Part shown: positions 15,101 to 27,879 of the stretch, piece by piece
Position numbering within the stretch: the first letter of the stretch is position 1
Layout: each line of letters begins with the position of its first letter
From: Eledone cirrhosa
Lineage: Eukaryota
DNA length: 64,000 nt
Direction: 5' to 3'
Assembly: GCA_964016885.1 (NCBI GenBank)
Contig: OZ024757.1
Coordinates: 30,938,001-31,002,000, forward strand
The notes under the pieces: model-generated
Databases searched by the model: none
What the model saw: only the letters and a program-made list of their open reading frames with translations
What the model was told of the DNA's origin: nothing
Translations under genes and position numbers: made by a program

Positions 15101-18100
15101 CAAACCGGTTTTTAGAGTCATACTGGTTTTTGAGGAAACACCTTTCCTCTATTCTCCAGAAAGCCAGACAAGGAATATTGAACTAGTTTCGTTGTTGTTA
15201 CAACTCATCAGCAATATTTACCTATCTTCCGGCCTCTCTAGAGAATCGTAAAAGCACATATCGTTATATGCTTTTTCTATGAAAATTAGTAGTGGGCAGA
15301 CTAATCCGCACAGAGTGTGAGTAAGTACCGGTTCAACGGAGACGATAAAAACAAATAACGAAACGAAATTAAATTTCGTTTCGTTTGTAACTCACTTTTG
15401 TATGACTGACGCTTAAACAATTAAGTTAAAGATGTACATCCATATATGTATACTGAAATACTAGTATGTATATGAATACACACACGTATACATATGTAGA
15501 TGTACCAAGTTTTTTTCACTGGTCACTTTACTGTGAGTGGCCAGCTATTCTGTATGTAAACACACAGACAAACCGGTTTTTAGAGTCATACTGGTTTTTG
15601 AGGAAACACCTTTCCTCTATTCTCCAGAAAGCCAGACAAGGAATATTGAACTAGTTTCGTTGTTGTTACAACTCATCAGCAATATTTACCTATCTTCCGG
15701 CCTCTCTAGAGAATCGTAAAAGCACATATCGTTATATGCTTTTTCTATGAAAATTAGTAGTGGGCAGACTAATCCGCACAGAGTGTGAGTAAGTACCGGT
15801 TCAACGGAGACGATAAAAACAAATAACGAAACGAAATTAAATTTCGTTTCGTTTGTAACTCACTTTTGTATGACTGACGCTTAAACAATTAAGTTAAAGA
15901 TGTACATCCATATATGTATACTGAAATACTAGTATGTATATGAATACACACACGTATACATATGTAGATGTACCAAGTTTTTTTCACTGGTCACTTTACT
16001 GTGAGTGGCCAGCTATTCTGTATGTAAACACACAGACAAACCGGTTTTTAGAGTCATACTGGTTTTTGAGGAAACACCTTTCCTCTATTCTCCAGAAAGC
16101 CAGACAAGGAATATTGAACTAGTTTCGTTGTTGTTACAACTCATCAGCAATATTTACCTATCTTCCGGCCTCTCTAGAGAATCGTAAAAGCACATATCGT
16201 TATATGCTTTTTCTATGAAAATTAGTAGTGGGCAGACTAATCCGCACAGAGTGTGAGTAAGTACCGGTTCAACGGAGACGATAAAAACAAATAACGAAAC
16301 GAAATTAAATTTCGTTTCGTTTGTAACTCACTTTTGTATGACTGACGCTTAAACAATTAAGTTAAAGATGTACATCCATATATGTATACTGAAATACTAG
16401 TATGTATATGAATACACACACGTATACATATGTAGATGTACCAAGTTTTTTTCACTGGTCACTTTACTGTGAGTGGCCAGCTATTCTGTATGTAAACACA
16501 CAGACAAACCGGTTTTTAGAGTCATACTGGTTTTTGAGGAAACACCTTTCCTCTATTCTCCAGAAAGCCAGACAAGGAATATTGAACTAGTTTCGTTGTT
16601 GTTACAACTCATCAGCAATATTTACCTATCTTCCGGCCTCTCTAGAGAATCGTAAAAGCACATATCGTTATATGCTTTTTCTATGAAAATTAGTAGTGGG
16701 CAGACTAATCCGCACAGAGTGTGAGTAAGTACCGGTTCAACGGAGACGATAAAAACAAATAACGAAACGAAATTAAATTTCGTTTCGTTTGTAACTCACT
16801 TTTGTATGACTGACGCTTAAACAATTAAGTTAAAGATGTACATCCATATATGTATACTGAAATACTAGTATGTATATGAATACACACACGTATACATATG
16901 TAGATGTACCAAGTTTTTTTCACTGGTCACTTTACTGTGAGTGGCCAGCTATTCTGTATGTAAACACACAGACAAACCGGTTTTTAGAGTCATACTGGTT
17001 TTTGAGGAAACACCTTTCCTCTATTCTCCAGAAAGCCAGACAAGGAATATTGAACTAGTTTCGTTGTTGTTACAACTCATCAGCAATATTTACCTATCTT
17101 CCGGCCTCTCTAGAGAATCGTAAAAGCACATATCGTTATATGCTTTTTCTATGAAAATTAGTAGTGGGCAGACTAATCCGCACAGAGTGTGAGTAAGTAC
17201 CGGTTCAACGGAGACGATAAAAACAAATAACGAAACGAAATTAAATTTCGTTTCGTTTGTAACTCACTTTTGTATGACTGACGCTTAAACAATTAAGTTA
17301 AAGATGTACATCCATATATGTATACTGAAATACTAGTATGTATATGAATACACACACGTATACATATGTAGATGTACCAAGTTTTTTTCACTGGTCACTT
17401 TACTGTGAGTGGCCAGCTATTCTGTATGTAAACACACAGACAAACCGGTTTTTAGAGTCATACTGGTTTTTGAGGAAACACCTTTCCTCTATTCTCCAGA
17501 AAGCCAGACAAGGAATATTGAACTAGTTTCGTTGTTGTTACAACTCATCAGCAATATTTACCTATCTTCCGGCCTCTCTAGAGAATCGTAAAAGCACATA
17601 TCGTTATATGCTTTTTCTATGAAAATTAGTAGTGGGCAGACTAATCCGCACAGAGTGTGAGTAAGTACCGGTTCAACGGAGACGATAAAAACAAATAACG
17701 AAACGAAATTAAATTTCGTTTCGTTTGTAACTCACTTTTGTATGACTGACGCTTAAACAATTAAGTTAAAGATGTACATCCATATATGTATACTGAAATA
17801 CTAGTATGTATATGAATACACACACGTATACATATGTAGATGTACCAAGTTTTTTTCACTGGTCACTTTACTGTGAGTGGCCAGCTATTCTGTATGTAAA
17901 CACACAGACAAACCGGTTTTTAGAGTCATACTGGTTTTTGAGGAAACACCTTTCCTCTATTCTCCAGAAAGCCAGACAAGGAATATTGAACTAGTTTCGT
18001 TGTTGTTACAACTCATCAGCAATATTTACCTATCTTCCGGCCTCTCTAGAGAATCGTAAAAGCACATATCGTTATATGCTTTTTCTATGAAAATTAGTAG

Positions 18101-20358
18101 TGGGCAGACTAATCCGCACAGAGTGTGAGTAAGTACCGGTTCAACGGAGACGATAAAAACAAATAACGAAACGAAATTAAATTTCGTTTCGTTTGTAACT
18201 CACTTTTGTATGACTGACGCTTAAACAATTAAGTTAAAGATGTACATCCATATATGTATACTGAAATACTAGTATGTATATGAATACACACACGTATACA
18301 TATGTAGATGTACCAAGTTTTTTTCACTGGTCACTTTACTGTGAGTGGCCAGCTATTCTGTATGTAAACACACAGACAAACCGGTTTTTAGAGTCATACT
18401 GGTTTTTGAGGAAACACCTTTCCTCTATTCTCCAGAAAGCCAGACAAGGAATATTGAACTAGTTTCGTTGTTGTTACAACTCATCAGCAATATTTACCTA
18501 TCTTCCGGCCTCTCTAGAGAATCGTAAAAGCACATATCGTTATATGCTTTTTCTATGAAAATTAGTAGTGGGCAGACTAATCCGCACAGAGTGTGAGTAA
18601 GTACCGGTTCAACGGAGACGATAAAAACAAATAACGAAACGAAATTAAATTTCGTTTCGTTTGTAACTCACTTTTGTATGACTGACGCTTAAACAATTAA
18701 GTTAAAGATGTACATCCATATATGTATACTGAAATACTAGTATGTATATGAATACACACACGTATACATATGTAGATGTACCAAGTTTTTTTCACTGGTC
18801 ACTTTACTGTGAGTGGCCAGCTATTCTGTATGTAAACACACAGACAAACCGGTTTTTAGAGTCATACTGGTTTTTGAGGAAACACCTTTCCTCTATTCTC
18901 CAGAAAGCCAGACAAGGAATATTGAACTAGTTTCGTTGTTGTTACAACTCATCAGCAATATTTACCTATCTTCCGGCCTCTCTAGAGAATCGTAAAAGCA
19001 CATATCGTTATATGCTTTTTCTATGAAAATTAGTAGTGGGCAGACTAATCCGCACAGAGTGTGAGTAAGTACCGGTTCAACGGAGACGATAAAAACAAAT
19101 AACGAAACGAAATTAAATTTCGTTTCGTTTGTAACTCACTTTTGTATGACTGACGCTTAAACAATTAAGTTAAAGATGTACATCCATATATGTATACTGA
19201 AATACTAGTATGTATATGAATACACACACGTATACATATGTAGATGTACCAAGTTTTTTTCACTGGTCACTTTACTGTGAGTGGCCAGCTATTCTGTATG
19301 TAAACACACAGACAAACCGGTTTTTAGAGTCATACTGGTTTTTGAGGAAACACCTTTCCTCTATTCTCCAGAAAGCCAGACAAGGAATATTGAACTAGTT
19401 TCGTTGTTGTTACAACTCATCAGCAATATTTACCTATCTTCCGGCCTCTCTAGAGAATCGTAAAAGCACATATCGTTATATGCTTTTTCTATGAAAATTA
19501 GTAGTGGGCAGACTAATCCGCACAGAGTGTGAGTAAGTACCGGTTCAACGGAGACGATAAAAACAAATAACGAAACGAAATTAAATTTCGTTTCGTTTGT
19601 AACTCACTTTTGTATGACTGACGCTTAAACAATTAAGTTAAAGATGTACATCCATATATGTATACTGAAATACTAGTATGTATATGAATACACACACGTA
19701 TACATATGTAGATGTACCAAGTTTTTTTCACTGGTCACTTTACTGTGAGTGGCCAGCTATTCTGTATGTAAACACACAGACAAACCGGTTTTTAGAGTCA
19801 TACTGGTTTTTGAGGAAACACCTTTCCTCTATTCTCCAGAAAGCCAGACAAGGAATATTGAACTAGTTTCGTTGTTGTTACAACTCATCAGCAATATTTA
19901 CCTATCTTCCGGCCTCTCTAGAGAATCGTAAAAGCACATATCGTTATATGCTTTTTCTATGAAAATTAGTAGTGGGCAGACTAATCCGCACAGAGTGTGA
20001 GTAAGTACCGGTTCAACGGAGACGATAAAAACAAATAACGAAACGAAATTAAATTTCGTTTCGTTTGTAACTCACTTTTGTATGACTGACGCTTAAACAA
20101 TTAAGTTAAAGATGTACATCCATATATGTATACTGAAATACTAGTATGTATATGAATACACACACGTATACATATGTAGATGTACCAAGTTTTTTTCACT
20201 GGTCACTTTACTGTGAGTGGCCAGCTATTCTGTATGTAAACACACAGACAAACCGGTTTTTAGAGTCATACTGGTTTTTGAGGAAACACCTTTCCTCTAT
20301 TCTCCAGAAAGCCAGACAAGGAATATTGAACTAGTTTCGTTGTTGTTACAACTCATCA
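12143..20358 (-). mobile_element. Left arm of a 468-bp tandem array (~17.6 units) of a hammerhead-ribozyme retrozyme-like element; ribozyme on the minus strand
   Basis: Exact 468-bp periodicity (aattaagttaaag at 12143, 12611, ...; ORF track repeats every 468). Each unit contains the reverse complement of AATATTG-CTGATGA-GTTGT-AACA-ACAAC-GAAA-CTAGTT-CAATATT. Left end abuts a (TA)n tract. Confidence 0.9.
12366..12410 (-). ncRNA. Type I hammerhead ribozyme (representative left-arm copy; 17 intact copies up to 19854-19898)
   Basis: Plus strand aatattgaactagtttcgttgttgttacaactcatcagcaatatt is the exact reverse complement of the motif at 20503-20547. Confidence 0.9.
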
Positions 20359-23300
20359 TTCGTTATTTGTTTTTATCGTCTCCGTTGAACCGGTACTTAC
20401 TCACACTCTGTGCGGATTAGTCTGCCCACTACTAATTTTCATAGAAAAAGCATATAACGATATGTGCTTTTACGATTCTCTAGAGAGGCCGGAAGATAGG
20501 TAAATATTGCTGATGAGTTGTAACAACAACGAAACTAGTTCAATATTCCTTGTCTGGCTTTCTGGAGAATAGAGGAAAGGTGTTTCCTCAAAAACCAGTA
20601 TGACTCTAAAAACCGGTTTGTCTGTGTGTTTACATACAGAATAGCTGGCCACTCACAGTAAAGTGACCAGTGAAAAAAACTTGGTACATCTACATATGTA
20701 TACGTGTGTGTATTCATATACATACTAGTATTTCAGTATACATATATGGATGTACATCTTTAACTTAATTGTTTAAGCGTCAGTCATACAAAAGTGAGTT
20801 ACAAACGAAACGAAATTTAATTTCGTTTCGTTATTTGTTTTTATCGTCTCCGTTGAACCGGTACTTACTCACACTCTGTGCGGATTAGTCTGCCCACTAC
20901 TAATTTTCATAGAAAAAGCATATAACGATATGTGCTTTTACGATTCTCTAGAGAGGCCGGAAGATAGGTAAATATTGCTGATGAGTTGTAACAACAACGA
21001 AACTAGTTCAATATTCCTTGTCTGGCTTTCTGGAGAATAGAGGAAAGGTGTTTCCTCAAAAACCAGTATGACTCTAAAAACCGGTTTGTCTGTGTGTTTA
21101 CATACAGAATAGCTGGCCACTCACAGTAAAGTGACCAGTGAAAAAAACTTGGTACATCTACATATGTATACGTGTGTGTATTCATATACATACTAGTATT
21201 TCAGTATACATATATGGATGTACATCTTTAACTTAATTGTTTAAGCGTCAGTCATACAAAAGTGAGTTACAAACGAAACGAAATTTAATTTCGTTTCGTT
21301 ATTTGTTTTTATCGTCTCCGTTGAACCGGTACTTACTCACACTCTGTGCGGATTAGTCTGCCCACTACTAATTTTCATAGAAAAAGCATATAACGATATG
21401 TGCTTTTACGATTCTCTAGAGAGGCCGGAAGATAGGTAAATATTGCTGATGAGTTGTAACAACAACGAAACTAGTTCAATATTCCTTGTCTGGCTTTCTG
21501 GAGAATAGAGGAAAGGTGTTTCCTCAAAAACCAGTATGACTCTAAAAACCGGTTTGTCTGTGTGTTTACATACAGAATAGCTGGCCACTCACAGTAAAGT
21601 GACCAGTGAAAAAAACTTGGTACATCTACATATGTATACGTGTGTGTATTCATATACATACTAGTATTTCAGTATACATATATGGATGTACATCTTTAAC
21701 TTAATTGTTTAAGCGTCAGTCATACAAAAGTGAGTTACAAACGAAACGAAATTTAATTTCGTTTCGTTATTTGTTTTTATCGTCTCCGTTGAACCGGTAC
21801 TTACTCACACTCTGTGCGGATTAGTCTGCCCACTACTAATTTTCATAGAAAAAGCATATAACGATATGTGCTTTTACGATTCTCTAGAGAGGCCGGAAGA
21901 TAGGTAAATATTGCTGATGAGTTGTAACAACAACGAAACTAGTTCAATATTCCTTGTCTGGCTTTCTGGAGAATAGAGGAAAGGTGTTTCCTCAAAAACC
22001 AGTATGACTCTAAAAACCGGTTTGTCTGTGTGTTTACATACAGAATAGCTGGCCACTCACAGTAAAGTGACCAGTGAAAAAAACTTGGTACATCTACATA
22101 TGTATACGTGTGTGTATTCATATACATACTAGTATTTCAGTATACATATATGGATGTACATCTTTAACTTAATTGTTTAAGCGTCAGTCATACAAAAGTG
22201 AGTTACAAACGAAACGAAATTTAATTTCGTTTCGTTATTTGTTTTTATCGTCTCCGTTGAACCGGTACTTACTCACACTCTGTGCGGATTAGTCTGCCCA
22301 CTACTAATTTTCATAGAAAAAGCATATAACGATATGTGCTTTTACGATTCTCTAGAGAGGCCGGAAGATAGGTAAATATTGCTGATGAGTTGTAACAACA
22401 ACGAAACTAGTTCAATATTCCTTGTCTGGCTTTCTGGAGAATAGAGGAAAGGTGTTTCCTCAAAAACCAGTATGACTCTAAAAACCGGTTTGTCTGTGTG
22501 TTTACATACAGAATAGCTGGCCACTCACAGTAAAGTGACCAGTGAAAAAAACTTGGTACATCTACATATGTATACGTGTGTGTATTCATATACATACTAG
22601 TATTTCAGTATACATATATGGATGTACATCTTTAACTTAATTGTTTAAGCGTCAGTCATACAAAAGTGAGTTACAAACGAAACGAAATTTAATTTCGTTT
22701 CGTTATTTGTTTTTATCGTCTCCGTTGAACCGGTACTTACTCACACTCTGTGCGGATTAGTCTGCCCACTACTAATTTTCATAGAAAAAGCATATAACGA
22801 TATGTGCTTTTACGATTCTCTAGAGAGGCCGGAAGATAGGTAAATATTGCTGATGAGTTGTAACAACAACGAAACTAGTTCAATATTCCTTGTCTGGCTT
22901 TCTGGAGAATAGAGGAAAGGTGTTTCCTCAAAAACCAGTATGACTCTAAAAACCGGTTTGTCTGTGTGTTTACATACAGAATAGCTGGCCACTCACAGTA
23001 AAGTGACCAGTGAAAAAAACTTGGTACATCTACATATGTATACGTGTGTGTATTCATATACATACTAGTATTTCAGTATACATATATGGATGTACATCTT
23101 TAACTTAATTGTTTAAGCGTCAGTCATACAAAAGTGAGTTACAAACGAAACGAAATTTAATTTCGTTTCGTTATTTGTTTTTATCGTCTCCGTTGAACCG
23201 GTACTTACTCACACTCTGTGCGGATTAGTCTGCCCACTACTAATTTTCATAGAAAAAGCATATAACGATATGTGCTTTTACGATTCTCTAGAGAGGCCGG

Positions 23301-24114
23301 AAGATAGGTAAATATTGCTGATGAGTTGTAACAACAACGAAACTAGTTCAATATTCCTTGTCTGGCTTTCTGGAGAATAGAGGAAAGGTGTTTCCTCAAA
23401 AACCAGTATGACTCTAAAAACCGGTTTGTCTGTGTGTTTACATACAGAATAGCTGGCCACTCACAGTAAAGTGACCAGTGAAAAAAACTTGGTACATCTA
23501 CATATGTATACGTGTGTGTATTCATATACATACTAGTATTTCAGTATACATATATGGATGTACATCTTTAACTTAATTGTTTAAGCGTCAGTCATACAAA
23601 AGTGAGTTACAAACGAAACGAAATTTAATTTCGTTTCGTTATTTGTTTTTATCGTCTCCGTTGAACCGGTACTTACTCACACTCTGTGCGGATTAGTCTG
23701 CCCACTACTAATTTTCATAGAAAAAGCATATAACGATATGTGCTTTTACGATTCTCTAGAGAGGCCGGAAGATAGGTAAATATTGCTGATGAGTTGTAAC
23801 AACGAAACTAGTTCAATATTCCTTGTCTGGCTTTCTGGAGAATAGAGGAAAGGTGTTTCCTCAAAAACCAGTATGACTCTAAAAACCGGTTTGTCTGTGT
23901 GTTTACATACAGAATAGCTGGCCACTCACAGTAAAGTGACCAGTGAAAAAAACTTGGTACATCTACATATGTATACGTGTGTGTATTCATATACATACTA
24001 GTATTTCAGTATACATATATGGATGTACATCTTTAACTTAATTGTTTAAGCGTCAGTCATACAAAAGTGAGTTACAAACGAAACGAAATTTAATTTCGTT
24101 TCGTTATTTGTTTT
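20359..24114 (+). mobile_element. Right, inverted arm of the same 468-bp array (8 units + 15 nt); ribozyme on the plus strand
   Basis: Reverse complement of the left-arm unit from ttcgttatttg (20359) to ttcgttatttgtttt (24114), followed by a (TA)-rich tract. Last unit has a 3-nt (aac) deletion. Confidence 0.9.
20503..20547 (+). ncRNA. Type I hammerhead ribozyme (representative right-arm copy; repeats every 468 bp, 8 copies)
   Basis: Stem I AATATTG/CAATATT, core CTGATGA (20510-20516), stem II GTTGT/ACAAC with AACA loop, GAAA (20531-20534), palindromic minimal stem III ACTAGT, GUU triplet with predicted cut after 20540. Confidence 0.9.
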
Positions 24115-24159
24115 CATACATATATATATATATATATATTCATATATATATATATATGA

Positions 24160-24234
<75 letters not shown>

Positions 24235-24263
24235 TATATTCATATATATATATAAATATATTA

Positions 24264-24306
<43 letters not shown>

Positions 24307-24797
24307 TCATATATTCATATATTCATATATATATATAAATATATATATATAAATATATATATATAAATATATATATATATTATATATATATTCATATATT
24401 CATATATAATATATATATATATAAATATATAAGGTATATATATATATATATAAAATAGAGTGAGAGAGAATGGCAAAGGAACAATGTAGTGGACTGGACT
24501 GATTTAGTTATGGTGAAGATGGTGATGGCGGTGATGACTATGGTTAGTGGTGGTGGTGGTGGTGGTGGTGGCTAATATGGTGGTTATAGTTGTGACTAGT
24601 GAAGCACGGTTAATTTCATGGTTCAAATGCTGTTCACAGGAGAACAATTCAGTTGTATGTTTGTATATTTCACCATAAATAAACATCAGACTGGGGAGGA
24701 GAAGGGAGGGAAGGGGACGGGCATGGGTGAGATAAGGGCAAACTAAACAAAATATATTGTTCACTGATTCAAGGACAATGCTGTTCATTTAGGGAGA

Positions 24798-24956
<159 letters not shown>

Positions 24957-24981
24957 GTGTGTATGTCTGTATATATATATG

Positions 24982-25018
<37 letters not shown>

Positions 25019-25896
25019 GTTTACATATATATAAAGTCATATATATATATATGACTTTATATATATGTAAACCTTTATATATATATATATATATAGATAT
25101 AGACATACATACACACACACATATATGTGTATGTTTGTATGTATGTATGTGTACATAAATATATTTATATCTATATCAATATGAATATATCTTCATGTAT
25201 ATATATGTGAATATACATATATATATATTATATATATATATACACACACATGTGTATGTTTTTATTTATGTATGCGTATATAAATATATTTATATATATA
25301 TCAACATAAAAAAACACTTCATTTTCCACTGGTTTGAAGTAATCTTTATGTGGTGACTGAACTTGCTGGAAATAGTAGCCATATCCTCCTAAATTCCGAC
25401 CTCTGATAAATAGAAAATCCATTCAAAGCCTGTTTCATGCAACATATATACATCTTTAGAAATAGGGCATGAAACATTCAACATCATTGTCCAAATATAT
25501 CAGAATCTACCTTAATAAACTGTCAATTTTATCAATGGTATTGAGTAGTTATTCTCACTTTTGTCAATACTAAACACACACACACATATATATATATATA
25601 TAAAGTAAGTCCATAGAATCATTAGATAAAATATATACAGTATTTCTTCTCCCAATCAGCATAAATCAACCACACAAAATATCATTTAAACGAGGCTATA
25701 AGTTTAAAATATACTTATGAAGAAACAATAGATAAATGATATAGCTTTTTATCTGCGACTCACAGCTACAAAAATTTTACCTAGTATTTCTGATAGCCTG
25801 TAGAAATTGACTAGACATACAGTTAACCATACATAATTAGGTACAAAATCAAAGTTAGAAGAAAAAGTGTACATAAACATACCAAAATCATCAAAA

Positions 25897-25981
25897 TATC
25901 TCTACCCCCGGTGCTTTCATTCCATTTTTGGATATATCCGATCTTGGATAAATCAACAAGGTTAGAAATCATCAGGAGATA
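25897..25981 (-). ncRNA. Degenerate type I hammerhead motif
   Basis: Minus strand TATCTC-CTGATGA-tttcta...tggaat-GAAA-gcaccggggg-TA-GAGATA; stem I perfect, stem III mismatched. Confidence 0.5.
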
Positions 25982-26254
25982 AACTCAATTGGACAAAGAT
26001 TTTTCTTACATGATCCCTGCCAGAAATGAATTAAAAATGGCTAAGAATCATCACGTGGCTAGTGGTCAAGGCAGAAAGTTTGTGATTGGTGCCTGTCGGC
26101 GAGTAGGCTCGTTGCTAGAAAGCGCAGCCGAATACTGCCTAAGGTTTTACTCAACCTTACGGGAGTATATAAAATTTATATATATATATAGGGCGGTGCC
26201 CCAGCATGGCCTCAGCCGGATGGCTGAAACAGGTAAAAGAGTAAAAGAGTATAT

Positions 26255-26587
26255 GGAGGCACATGGCTTAGTGGTTAGAGCATTGGCCTTGCAATCGAAA
26301 GGTTGTGAGTTCAATTCTCAGCCCGGGTGATGTGTTGTTTCCTTGAGCAAGACACTTTATTTCACATTGCTCCAGTTTACTCAGCTGTAGAAATGAGATG
26401 ATAGGGACTGGGGTCCATATCATTCCACTGCAAAATGGTCGTGGAGGCAAAAAAGCACCCAGCACTCACTGTAAATGAGGTTGGTGTTAGGAAGGGCATC
26501 CAGCTGTAGAAATCAAGCCAAAATCAGTTCCCGTCCCACCCTTGCAAGCAGGGAAAAAGCAGACGTAAAATGAAATATTGATGATGA

Positions 26588-26590
<3 letters not shown>
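26255..26590 (+). mobile_element. tRNA-derived SINE family A
   Basis: A box TGGCTTAGTGG, B box GAGTTCAATTC, ccttgagcaagacactt body, LINE-like tail ending (gat)n. Confidence 0.85.
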
Positions 26591-26627
<37 letters not shown>

Positions 26628-26630
<3 letters not shown>

Positions 26631-26893
26631 ACTGCGATGGTATGGACATGTGATGCGCATGGAGAATGACCGCTGGGTAAAGAAGTGCCAAGAAATCCCA
26701 GTAGAAGGAAGACGCAATAGAGGAAGACCACAAAAAACATAGGCGGTTGGGTGGAGGTGGTGGGAGCTTACCTCAGGTTGCTGAAGCTCACGGAGGAGAT
26801 GACAAAGGACTGTGACAAATGGAGAGATGCTGCGCTGAATAGGACCCATCCCACCCTTGTAAGCAGGGAAGAGTGGACGTAAAATGATGATGA

Positions 26894-26897
<4 letters not shown>
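26628..26897 (+). mobile_element. RTE LINE 3' fragment
   Basis: Translates RLRWYGHVMRMENDRWVKKCQEIPVEGRRNRGRPQKT*, tail ...gtggacgtaaaatgatgatgat. Confidence 0.8.
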
Positions 26898-26947
<50 letters not shown>

Positions 26948-27680
26948 TGGAATTAATATCAATAACTACGACTTATAGTAAAGATTTGAATTATTGAAGA
27001 ACGTCAATCACCAGTGAAGTCATTCTTCCTCTTTTTTTCAAACTTATCTTACTGTACCAAGGAATTCCCTTCATTTTATACTATACACACAAACACGTAC
27101 ACACACACACACATATATATATATGTGTGTGTGCGTGTATAGTAGAAAATGAAGGGAATATATATATTTATTTAGGTTTGTTGGTTCACTGGATAGAATT
27201 GGTCATTCCGTATAGTCAACCTTGATGTAATATTAGGAAGAGCACTCGACGTAGTGCAACTCACCCGTCTTCGTTTGTGTAGTTGCTGATGCGAGTACGG
27301 AGTTACTTATTATAAAATAACAGGAGGCTGGACTGGTGTAATTCCTTAAAGATTTATTATACTATGAACATTTCAATGACCGGGTTCACTATGAATCCGG
27401 TGACATCATCATGTATTTCGAAATTTATCCAACAAAGGAATATAATAATAGACACAATCCAAAGGGCTGAAAAGCAGAGAGAAATGCCCAGGATGAGAAG
27501 GCGGCCAAATATTTAGCAGTTGTTAGTCCGGGCAGCCACCTTCAAGTCTTATATATATATATATATATATCAGTGTGTTGTAGTTTGCTTGAAGCATTGT
27601 GGAAAAGGAAATACAAATGTATATATATATATGTATGTATATAGAAGGATTTAAATGGATACAGTTCAGTTAAAAGGAAT

Positions 27681-27801
27681 TTATTGACACGTGTTTCAAT
27701 AACAGTTACATAACCTGAAAACAGCTGCTATCTACAAAGTATTAGTTATGCAGACATTCAATATTTCAATGTTATTATCAACTGTCATTTCATCAGAATA
27801 A
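27681..27801 (-). ncRNA. Type I hammerhead ribozyme with greatly extended stem II
   Basis: Minus strand: TTATT-CTGATGA-AATGACAGTT...(~70 nt)...AACTGTTATT-GAAA-CACGTG-TC-AATAA; palindromic stem III ACACGTGT, canonical GUC triplet. Confidence 0.75.
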
Positions 27802-27840
27802 TTTTATTGAGAACCTGTTTGGTTTTTATAGAGAATATTG

Positions 27841-27879
<39 letters not shown>

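Noticed and set aside
12190-23996. Repeated 60-62 aa ORFs in the 468-bp unit; unit length divisible by 3
   Set aside because: Short, no recognisable domain, on the strand opposite the ribozyme; stops prevent a continuous rolling ORF.
25680-25760. Peptide HLNEAISLKYTYEETIDK*YSFL reminiscent of Penelope-like RT
   Set aside because: Too short and interrupted to support without a profile search.
26255-26330. tRNA gene
   Set aside because: tRNA-like head continues into a repeated SINE body and tail; multiple diverged copies.
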